DNA of 64,000 nucleotides from Hemiscyllium ocellatum (lineage: Eukaryota), in assembly GCF_020745735.1 (NCBI RefSeq), contig NC_083448.1, positions 6,260,006 through 6,324,005 on the forward strand, read 5' to 3'. The notes below the pieces were generated by a model, which had not been told where the DNA came from, made no database searches, and worked only from the letters and a program-made list of their open reading frames with translations. Made by a program: the position numbers and the translations under genes. This document shows positions 37,428 to 48,190 of this stretch, piece after piece (positions within the stretch are counted from its first letter, which is position 1; every line of letters starts with the position of its first letter).

Positions 37428-37547
37428 GAGCTGGTTTCTATCGGAATCGGAGAGAACCGGACTGGAGAAATGACGGTGCTGGGACACGTGAAACATAAGT
37501 TAGTCTGTTCTCCTGACTTCGAAACCCTCCTTCAGCAAAGGCAATAG
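37428..37547 (+). CDS. POLR3D: RPC4 final coding exon
   Basis: ELVSIGIGENRTGEMTVLGHVKHKLVCSPDFETLLQQRQ*. The eight exons sum to 1251 bp (416 aa + stop). Confidence 0.97.
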   Translation, partial: ELVSIGIGENRTGEMTVLGHVKHKLVCSPDFETLLQQRQ

Positions 37548-38991
37548 CTGGAATTTGAGATGCGCATGTCAAAAGGCATCACAGCACATGCAGCACCAAG
37601 ACAGAAGAAGGTGGAAGTGTAAGCAGCTCTTGTTTTTTTTCTGAGCTAGGGAATGCAGGAGGGCTTTGCAGAGAAAGGAGCAGTCAGTTCTCAAGGGAAA
37701 CTGGAATGAGACTTGCTCTTTGTGGCAGTGTTTGTGTCATAACAAGGATATAGTCTGGTCTGGCTTCCCTATTAATTCGCTGGTGGTCAGCGAGGCAATG
37801 TCCACGAATCATGTTGACAGACATTGATGGAAGCAGTACTGAACTGTGGAACAGCTGTGCATGAATCAGCAGTAAATTCAGAGCAAAAGATAGTGTGAGC
37901 TGGTGCCAGGCGCCTTGCTGACATGAGGTCAGTCTCTGAGAGGTGGTGGAGTCTTTGTACAGCAGTGATCCAAGAGTTGGAAGTCTTCAGAGTTCACATT
38001 CAAACTTCATTGCTGTTTGGGTCCATGCTGTCAGAAACAGAAGGATAACTTTTCCATTCGATTCTTCTTGCTTGCTGTGACTTTGATGTTGATCTATACC
38101 CGGACCAAAAATGTTCCCCACGCCCCCAGATTGCAAATCAGCAGGTTTCCTGATTTGGGTGGGAAACAAGTGTTTAGATTGTATCTCACACTAAATGCAT
38201 GCTTTGCTGCTGAATCATTTTAGTTTGGCATTGTTGTCTGAATTACTTAAATGTCCATTATGATGTGGTTTCAGCCAAGAAATTCTTCTGTAATTGTGGA
38301 ATCTCTCCAAGTGCCTTTTCCTTAAAGTTACCAGGACATGGCATTATCAACAAAAATGAAAGTTAATCCAATAGTTTAGTAATGCTTCACGGTTGACCTA
38401 TAGTTTTCATATGTCACAGTTAGATGAGAACCATTTTTATTGTCAGGATTGTATCCCTCAAAACTCTACCAGTGTGGTAGAAAAATTATACTCTGCCATT
38501 GTGGATGGGTTCACAGGCAGTTGCTCGGGTAAAAAGGGATGGGGTCACAGGCAGTTGCAGATCAGAGACAGAACATAATTTCTCCGTGTGCTACTGGGTG
38601 CTTTTCATAGTCCTAATGGTTTCTGACATACAAATTGTGCTGAAATCCTTGTACTTTAATATTGCATCTTAAATACCCAACATTGTTAAGAGGATCTCTC
38701 TCTTTTAATCTAAGAAGACTTGTGCTGAGCAATGTCATAGTACAGGAGGGGATTGACAGCACAGGGAAATTTCTGTCCTTTGTAAGCTGATGACTTAAAT
38801 TGTGACAGCATATCGTGAGTCTGAATGTTAATGTTGATTTGGACAGCTCAGAATCAGAACGAGTTAAGCAGTGTTTACCTCATTCTTGATAATAACATAA
38901 GTTAAAATCATAACGAGTTTGGAAAATCCAATTGCAACTTTTCTACTGCTGTACTATATTTGATGTGAGAATTTTTGAATCTTGGATTGCA

Positions 38992-38997
38992 AATAAA
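38992..38997 (+). terminator. POLR3D: Putative POLR3D polyadenylation signal
   Basis: AATAAA followed by T/GT-rich sequence, about 1.45 kb after the stop. Confidence 0.6.
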
Positions 38998-41051
38998 CTT
39001 CTCTGTTCTTTTTAAGACTGCATTGAATTTGGTTTTCTGTATCTTACTGTATGGAACCACAATCTGTGCTGGTTATCAGGTTGGGAAGTTACAGCAGGAT
39101 CAGGAAACTAAATAGTATTTTAAATGGGAATGATTTTCTCAGTGTAATGCATATTCTGTCAGTTGTTCTCTGTTGAACAAATGCATCATCTTTCTCCTGA
39201 GAGGAGAACCAGTATACAAACTGGGGCAAGTGAGGTTAATGTTTCCAGATGAGCATACGTGCTCACCCAGAAAGTTGGTGCTGTTCTCTGTCTGACCAGT
39301 TTGCATGGGACGAAGTTGTAATCCATTGCCACCTCTGAAGAGATTCGGCCAGATTGACACTGTACATAAAATGGTGAATCTTTGCCCATAACCCTTCAAA
39401 TGTTGTCTTTTAAACTATGCAACAATTCCTTTTTAAAAGTTATAATGGGTCTGCTTCAAATGTCTTTTCAAGAAATGCATTTCTGATCCTTACACCTTGA
39501 TGCATTCAAAGAAAATCTCCCTTCATTGGTTTTGCCAATTATTTGAGGTGTACCCTCTGGTGACTGACTCTCCTGCCAGTGCAAGACTTCTCATCATCAG
39601 AATCCCACATGATATTGGGCATGTGTGTTAAACCTTCCCTTAAACTTTCAAGTAAACTCTACATTCATTCCAAGGCCTGATATCTTTCCTGAAGGCTGGT
39701 AATGAAAATTAAATGCTATAATGCAATTGAGGTCTCATCAATAGTTTTTAAAAGCTCAAACTTCCTTCTGTAGTTTGGCCCCCTCAGCTCCATCCAGCCA
39801 AAATCATTTGGCGGGGGGAGGGGGAGAGAAGGTGGAAATAGGGAATTAAGACCACAATCAAATCAGGCATAGTCTGACTGAATGGTGAAGTGGGCTGCCT
39901 TTGCTGCTAATTTGTATGTTTGTAGTCTATGCCTCTTGTTATAAAGCCAGGGTACTCTGAAGTTTTGCAGAAGTATAATCAACTTGTTCTGTCACCTTCG
40001 AAGATTGGTGTACCTACATCTTCAGATGCTTCCTGCGGTCTTTTTAAATATCTGCATTTGTATTATCTCTTCCTCCTCAAGTTCAGAAACTAACTGCGCT
40101 AAGAATACTGAGAAACAGATAATCGAGCTGTGCCCCACATATCATTTATAAGGAGCCCCATGTTAAATCTCAATGGCATTGTCTGTTACAATTACTCATT
40201 CAGCAGTTGGAAGGTGAGAAACAAACTCATTCGCAAAAATAGTTATGGTTCATTTTTATTTAAATGCTGGTAGCTGCCCCTGGGTGAAATTTGTGAGAGA
40301 ATTTTCTGTTAATAATCAAAGCTCAGCCAGTCACTAATGTGTTGAGTCAGGATGAGATTTTCTGTTTGGTTGTTTTGCCAGATGACATCCAGCCTTGGTT
40401 AACTTATCTATTGTTGCGGGAAAGGCAACCGGTCAGTGATCTTGCTTTCAGAGATTGATCATCCTTTTGTAGAGAAGTGCCATGTGTCCTGAGCCATGAT
40501 CTGCTTTCCTTCAGTCATTTGACTCTTGGTTCCAACTGACTGGTCACTGGCGTAACATGAAGGTCAATATTAGATGTGTGATTGAAAGAGAATTAAGGTT
40601 GTTTCAATGCCTCATTTACATGGCAAGTTGTAATCAGGTCTTTGCACATTTTAGTGATTCCTATTCTTTATTGTAAATACGTGCAGCGATAGTTGTACCT
40701 TTTGTCTTTTGCGAAACATCAGTTTTTCACCATTTCAAAAGTGAAACAATGAGCCTTCAAACTTAGTTTAATGGAGATAAATGCAATTATGTTTCTGTTG
40801 TATTCATCATTGCAAACTCGATTTCTACAATGTAAGGGCATAAAATGTATGGATTTAAAACGATCTTCACAAATAATGTTTGAGTGTGAGATTCCTACTC
40901 TGGTAACAGAGTTTCCAATAGTTGCTGGTCAATAATGAATGAAATGGGATGCTTGTGACAAGTGAAACAGCATTAGGTGTTATTGCGATGGCTTTGACGG
41001 AACTCAGTTGCATCCACAGAAGCCACCGGAGTAGGTTTAATGACTGATTTC

Positions 41052-41474
41052 CTAACAGCCAGACCTTCTAATATAATTTGCCATCTGAAATGCCTTTTTG
41101 TTGAGTGTCCCTCCATGGACCCCTCTCTTACCCATGATCATGATGAAGACTTTGTTGGACCGAGCAATGGCTACGCTGTGGCAAGGATGGTTGCCGTCCC
41201 ATCTTTTCAACCTGATGTCCATGGTGTAATCTCCATCCATGTGAAAGTTATCCCTGATGACAAAGCACTTGTTACCACCAATGGTCAACCCTTTGACAAG
41301 GAAGGTCTTCCGGTCACTGCTCATAATGGCTTTGATTTCTTGAGGGCTCATTTGCTCGAACAGCCCTTGCTGTTTGGCAGCCAGCAGCCTGGGACACGAG
41401 CAAGCAAATACTGCTGCATCTTGGCATAGCCCATCCGCAAGCAAATTTCTCACGTATTCATCCCAGCCCAGCAT
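41052..41474 (-). CDS. Intronless profilin-family protein (140 aa)
   Basis: MLGWDEYVRNLLADGLCQDAAV...GLTIGGNKCFVIRD...MDIRLK...MGKRGVHGGTLNKKAFQMANYIRRSGC aligns end to end with vertebrate profilins. The ORF is uninterrupted, with minus-strand AATAAA at 40672-40667 and 40260-40255. Confidence 0.92.
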   Translation of the reverse strand: MLGWDEYVRNLLADGLCQDAAVFACSCPRLLAAKQQGLFEQMSPQEIKAIMSSDRKTFLVKGLTIGGNKCFVIRDNFHMDGDYTMDIRLKRWDGNHPCHSVAIARSNKVFIMIMGKRGVHGGTLNKKAFQMANYIRRSGC

Positions 41475-42197
41475 CCTGTTCTGTGAAGCTGAACCCAGTG
41501 GGGTCAGGTTTAAATTGAGAGAGTATGCTCAAAGTCAGTGACACTTTTCAGTTTTGAGAATGAATTTCTTGCAAAGTTGCTCTAAACTGTTCTGTTGCAG
41601 TAGACAACACACTTGGAAAGAAATAGAGTAGCGAGACAAGTGTGCAAAATAAAGCTAGGAAAGAAAATGCAATGTGAAAGTATCCAGGTCAATTTTAAAC
41701 TCTTGGTGTCACAAACACAGTGACAACCAGGGTGACTGTGACATCACAATATATTTCTAAACAATTTGATGTTTATGATTTAATGAAACAAAATACTCAA
41801 AGGATTGTGTTGCTTTCGATGTCCGTTGTATGTCTCAGGTCTGCTTACGCTCAAAACTAAAATACCCATCCTGTTTTTGAAAGGGCATCCCCCACCCCCA
41901 TAATCTAAGATCTCTGTGCTTCTCTATTTCTGACTGCTTTAGCATCCTTGATGTTCATTGCTCCATTCATGGTCGCTGTCTCTTTGAGAATTCAGTCAAC
42001 TTGTGTTCGGAACTCGGGTAATCATTACTGTAGCAGTAGGATGCTTATTGAATTTTGATCTGCTTCCTGTTTTGATGTTTCATCACTTGGACTGTGACAG
42101 ATGCCAAAAGTAAAAGGTTCTAAATAGAGTTGAGTAAGGGAGGATTCTGATATTTTTATAGGATAGATGAGATGTAAGCAAAGATGTGCAAGTTTGG

Positions 42198-42288
42198 TCA
42201 ATGCCAGAGTCTCCTGTGATCCACTTGTGCCTCGAGCTTTTTTCTTTCCCTTCCCCTTGATCGCACAGGTCAGAATCCATATCCAACA
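42198..42288 (-). repeat. 91-bp duplicate of WBP1 coding sequence (source 45803-45893)
   Basis: tcaatgccagagtctcctgtgatcc...cccttgatcgcacaggtcagaatcc...ccaaca is near-identical to the last exon and abuts a SINE fragment at about 42290-42345. Confidence 0.9.
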
Positions 42289-42800
42289 GACAGGGATGTG
42301 CAGGCTCAGTGGATGAGCCATGGGAAATGCAGAGTTAGAGAGATACAACTTGACAATAGGCTATCTCTTGTGCTGAAGTGCAATTTTATGCAGAGCCAGT
42401 TTTAAGTAGGATTTTCCTGAAGGTGACATCTGCCACAGTTTGGAGGATGCAATCTCTGTATGAGTTCAAGAAGATGGGAGTGATTTCAAAGGATATTTTC
42501 GTCTTTTTGATGTAACCACATATAGTCCTGAACAGACAGTTGACGGATGATAATTTCAATCTTTCAGGGGGAAATAAGGCTGTCTGCAAACCTGTCTTTA
42601 AGGACTGCAGGCCTAACATTACTGTCAGGGAAATTCCTCCCCAACCCTAAACCTTTGAGTCTGACTCAGTCTGTATCCTGTACATGATAGTTTGAAGTTT
42701 ACTGATTTTGGTTTGCAGGATCAGAAAATCCACTTTTCCACTGCATCCAAGTGTGGTTCAAAGCAAAAGAAATGCATAATCCAAAACAGCAAATAACTGT

Positions 42801-42806
42801 TTTATT
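42801..42806 (-). terminator. WBP1: Putative WBP1 polyadenylation signal
   Basis: AATAAA on minus at the end of a largely repeat-free, AT-rich ~2.8-kb stretch after the stop codon. Confidence 0.5.
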
Positions 42807-45600
42807 TTATATATGAAAGACTTCACTGTCATTTTGAGTTTGAAATTTCATTGTACATCACACCTTCGAACATGCATTTTCTATCCGTGTCTATCAAAGT
42901 ATTACAAAATTAAAATGTTTCTTATTAAAAAGGCATCAAAATATAATTGCATTCCACTACGGCAAAAAAAAGACAATCTCCCTCAAGCTTGTATTTTAAA
43001 AGGACACCTGATTACATATGTAAAAAGACACTGTCTGAGGATCTGAATATCTTTTTCTCTCCTTTGCAATCTAGGTTTCTGTCCCAACTGCTCCCTGTAT
43101 TTGCTGATCTGCTAACAGATTTATAGAGGAGTTTGGAGTCTAACACTCTTTTCCATCCCAACATCTAAGTACATTAATCTTAATGTCATTGGAGGAAAGA
43201 AACAACTTTTATTTCTGATTGAATGTGCTGTTTCTCTCTCTCTTGTGAAACAATCTTTTCACTTCTCTTGAGTCAATTCAAAGTTCAGACTTGCTTGTTT
43301 TCCCACATCTCTGTAACATCAGAATTCAAAGGCCTCCAGTCATCACTACTTTGCTTTGTGGCTGAAGGTGGAGTTTTCAACCTGGAATTTTAAATATTTT
43401 GCTCACCTTCAGCATAGTTTTGCCATGAACTACTTTCTACATTGCGATTAAAAGTTTTTATTAGCTTGCCATGCCTAACATATCAGATATAAGGGAAAGT
43501 GTACAAAATACTCTCTACTTCTGTTTGTTTATTTGAAGGTTTTTTTTGGAAGCTGCTCTTTGCTTTCACAATATTGTGGCTTGTAACATTTGGTTCTGTA
43601 AAGCAGAGAATGAGTCTTGAAGTCTTTATTCTCAGTCAAAATAGATATTACGAGGACAAAGTATGGCCACGTTTCATTCTCAAATATTGGTTAAAAACAC
43701 TTTCAAACTATGATACTGGCCTTCTGTGAGCAGTATTCTACCACAATTATGCAGCCTATCATTCAATGAGTTCAGATTCCACTTTAATCAATAAACATTT
43801 GCTACTACTTGTACGTTGCAAAGATGCTTTTTTAAAAAACATCGTCTATTCAGTCCAGTTCTTTGCAAGGCACTGGTCGCACATTTGTCCTTTATTCTCA
43901 TCCAATGTGTGATGAAACTCAGAACCATTTGGTTTGAGCTTCACTCCAATTCAGAATACATTTCTTCAATCCTTGCATGCATTTTTCCAGCTTCAAAGCG
44001 GACCTTTTGCTTAATTTGCACTCTAGTTTCCTCGAGTTTTGAATAATTTTTAGCAGCAGTTTCATTATGGCTCATGACACTTTTCTCCTTGTTGTAGGAG
44101 AGCATTTGGAATAAGGATTGTTGTCAGACAACAGCGAGCAGACAGTCCTATACACCAATGACATCCCCAGTATTCTCTAGCATTTCTGTTGCAAGACTAT
44201 TTTCTTCCTTGCTCATATGTAATAGATGACTCTTTTTGCAATTATTGTATTTTCCTTGACACTGAAGCAATTAATTAGAGGTACTTAAAGGTTGTATATT
44301 ATTGTACAACACTGTACTCAACATGTTGGTTTAAAATGCAGAAATATAGATTGTGTTGTTAGAGGAGAAAAGCAATGTCTTTAATCCAATACACTTTAAC
44401 TTGGTACCAATATGAATTGTTGCTGATTCCTCCCACCCAGTGAAATTCTTCTATTGAGCAGTATTTTCCCCGACAGCTCAACATGCAATCTTATCATTGC
44501 CCACGTTCACAAGAGCAGAGTTTGGTAGAGAAACTTTGCCTTCTGTCCTCAGATGCTGTCAGCTAGCTGAGTTAACATTTCAAAGTCTGCAACCCTTGAG
44601 AACTGCAAGCTTATTTCAACTGGGCAGAAAAAAAACACCCATCTTGTCTTATCGATTTTCTCATACAAACAGCATTAGTATCCTATAAGTGAATGCCTTT
44701 AGGTTTGGCTTTTTTTTTTGCTGGGGGTGCTCAACTTAACATGAATATAAAGGCTTTGTATTTCACTTAAACATTCATTGGCAAAAGGTTTCTCAGTCAA
44801 ACTTCTACCAACAGTACCACAGGAATAATAGTTGGTAGGCCCAAATCTAAATTAAACTTTTAAAAAAGTAAACTCGTATTTAGAAATAGTTGATGCATTA
44901 GTGCAGTTCAGACAACATAACCATGTTAAAACAAAACGCCGATCTCAGCACGTTGCATCCAACAGGTCCACTGCTAATAAGTTAAGTGAAGACGACACAC
45001 CGGAGGCACGTGGCAGTAATGAGTCAATGTGCTGCACCACAGGCATAGAGTCACTACGTACTGATTTGTAAATCCTTGGCCGGCCTTTCCGTGAGGAGCT
45101 CCAAATAGGTGTGGCATGTATCGAGCGGAGGTAATAAAAGTGATACTATTAACTAAAGCAACCTGCACAAGAGAATTGGCAGAGGGCGAGACCACAGGCC
45201 CATACCATCCTACTCAAAATGGCAGATTCTCAGGAGAAGGTTTTATTTATTTTGGAAAAACTGTTTCCCACTCCTATTGAAATTAAACGTCAAACGTTCT
45301 TGATGCGAGTGTATGTGAAGACAAAGATTTGAAAATTATCAAAGCGAGATGTAGTGCTACAGTCATTTTTTAGAAAACGTTAGAAGGAAATCTGGCTGAG
45401 GAGTAGGCAACTCTGATTGTGAAACCTGGACCGATCCCAAACTTCTACAGCTATAGACTACCATCTGCATCTTACACCTGATGCACTTCAGGCCCCTTAT
45501 CCAATGTTTTCCTTAAGTCCAGAATTAATGCTGAACAGTCAGCAGTCATGGATTGCACCATCTGTGTTTCATTTTTACGTACTGGGAGTAGTGGCACATG

Positions 45601-46238
45601 CTACACAATGTCACCATCCTCCTCTCGTTCCTTAGCAGTATGCAGCTTAGTGCCCATAGTGATAGCCTGCTTGGAGAGTTGCTCCACGTGAAGGTGAGAG
45701 CTGCAGGACGACTGGGATTCGCAACATTGGGAGGCACCAACACTGCCCATCAGCCCCATTTCCTCATGGTAAGGGTCCTCATCCAGCTGGCACACGCACA
45801 CCTCAATGCCAGAGTCTCCTGTGATCCGCCTGTGCCTCGAGCTTTCTTCCTTCCCTTCCCCTTGATCGCACAGGTCAGAATCCGTTTCCAACATTTTAAA
45901 ATCAGAAGTCGAGAGTGCAGCAGATTCCTCATCTTGGACAATGTCACCATTTTCTCTGTCAGCTGGAGAAGTGGGTGATGCGTCTGTGGGGTCATCAGAC
46001 ATCTGATGGTCATTCTCCTGTTCATGAGTGGAGGAGCTAGACTCTGCTTCTTGTGTTGCTGTCTCTGCCACAAGTGAGTTTACAGACTCCTGTAAAACAG
46101 GCTGGCTCTCGACAACCACATTTTCTTGGTTAGAGGTCTGTGCATGCTGCTGCTGTAGTTCAGTATAGGGAGGTGGGGGTGTTGGAGGGTGCCCTGCCAC
46201 CTCCTCATAGTCTGGGAGCTTACAGTTTGTCCAGAACC
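45601..46238 (-). CDS. WBP1: WW domain-binding protein 1, last exon
   Basis: (R)FWTNCKLPDYEEVAGHPPTPPPPYTE...RRITGDSGIEVCVC...*, containing PY motifs. Acceptor ctag at 46242-46239. Confidence 0.92.
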
Positions 46239-47016
46239 CTAGCAGGAGGGGTGGAAAAAACAAACAGTGAATGGAATATGAATGACAAGATGCACGTGCA
46301 ATCTACCACAGTGAGAGCTCTGAATCATGTCAGTGCTGATCAGCACGAAGCAGGAAAGTAGTGCTAAGGTTCATACCTAATATCAGCTCCAAATGCTTGT
46401 AAAATAGATTTGGCACCAAAAGGGAACACAGTCATGAACAATTTCCACAACAATCCGGAAATATACATTTTATTAAAACGGGGAATGGAACAAGAGAAAG
46501 GAGGTGCACCCAAGGCATAAGTATGCGTTTACTTTTAAGTTGACCTGTTGTATGACCAACTTTGCCAGAATGAAGGAACTAAATCTGAATCTCAGGAAGA
46601 GAATGAGGAGCTACATTTTATTATCTGTTCTACATGACTGACACATGAACAGCAAACAAAAGTTATTGATGAGCTGTATACGTTCACCATGTGGACATGG
46701 AGAAGGATGTTCTCCATACCTTACAGACAGAATGGCAAGTGAAGTAGTGCTGGAAAGTTCTGGAGAATGGAAGCAATTAGTACATATATTTTGGTCATAT
46801 TCAAGTAGAAAAATGTCAGTGAGAAGCAGAGGAGAAAATGAACCGAATGCAATACAGCTGCATGCAAAGGGGAAGGGCAGAGGAGAGCAATGGCAGTCAA
46901 CGTTCTGGAAGGTTGACAATAAATATTTACAAGATTTTCTGGTCCACAGAATAAATTGAAGATTTAGTTACTGCCAATTCCCCCTTGCAAAGATCTCACG
47001 TACAAGGTCTACTCAC

Positions 47017-47178
47017 TTAAATCCAGTGGCTGTGTTGTGTAGGTACTAGCGCCCTGGTAGGCCATCAAGCTGATTTCCCGCTGACGTTGCTCCTGCTGCA
47101 GTCGCAGTTTTACACGCCGGTGTCGATATGCACAGCAACAACTAAGCATAATAATGATAGTCCAGACCAGCCAGAACC
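47017..47178 (-). CDS. WBP1: WBP1 exon 3 (transmembrane segment)
   Basis: (W)FWLVWTIIIMLSCCCAYRHRRVKLRLQQEQRQREISLMAYQGASTYTTQPLDL; donor gtgagt. Confidence 0.95.
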
Positions 47179-48087
47179 CTGCCACGGTCAAGCAAAACGA
47201 AGAGGTACTCAGAATTGCATTATACTTGGGTGAGCCAATACAATGCAGGCAAAATGTATCTTTGCAAGTCCTTTAATGTATGAGGCTCAAATCATTCATT
47301 TTCATTTCACACCTTGCAACTAGAGCCAATTAAATTAATCAAACACATGATGCCATCTAAAAACAAATTAATACTTCTGTCATCTGAGCAGAGGCTGCAG
47401 GACACAGAATCAGCTTATTTCAAATAATCTGTTGGAGCAGCTCACCCAGAGACGATAGCACTGGCAGTTTGAGGGCAGGTGAGTGTTGCCAAATGGGTTT
47501 CACTGCTATTGGGATGTTGGAAGTGGGAAAGTAAGGCTTCAGGTATTGTCTTAGTTGGATGTCAAAGATTCTATAGCATTGTCCAAAGAACAGCAGAAAG
47601 CTCTTGGTGCCTTGGCCAGCATTGTCCCTGCAATCAAAACATCAAGAACTGGAGAACTCCTGGCTCTTCTCTGGAAAATGTGATATTATTTTAAAAGACT
47701 TGCAATAAGCTCTGGATCGTACAGATGGTGCTTGTTCTAATACACTGTTCTCAGGGATTCTTGTATTGGATAGCAAGTAGTTCAATACTTGGACCAGATT
47801 TTCAAATTTCAGATGGCCTATCATCCAGCTTCTCGATGTCTGCACTAGTGTATCCTCTTCTGCAAGTGGGTAACATGGAGAACAGCCAGCCTACATAGGA
47901 TATTTGGGTCCAGCAACAGTACTGAGAGAGACTGCAAACAGATGCTAATTGTGACAAATGGAGCTGAGTGAATCTGCCACATCATTCACAAGTCCTATTC
48001 TAGGCCACAAGGAAACTTCCACCTGTGCCAAAGACTTTGAGAAATGCAATCCCAAAATCGGTTTCTGTTCGCATATTAAAAACTTAC

Positions 48088-48190
48088 ACCACAATTCATA
48101 ATAGTAGGTGCAGCACTCCGTCTCCCCACAGCAGTATCCTGTCTCACACCAGTAAGGCTCGTTGTTCACTCCAAAACATAATTCTTTAGC
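48088..48190 (-). CDS. WBP1: WBP1 exon 2 (Cys-rich ectodomain)
   Basis: AKELCFGVNNEPYWCETGYCCGETECCTYYYELW is closer to WBP1 (ELC.GVNN.PY.CE.G.CCGET.CCTYYYELW) than to WBP1L. Confidence 0.93.

Noticed and set aside
41040-41429. 129-aa plus-strand ORF overlapping the profilin
   Set aside because: Antisense shadow of the real CDS, with a non-ATG start and no recognisable homology.
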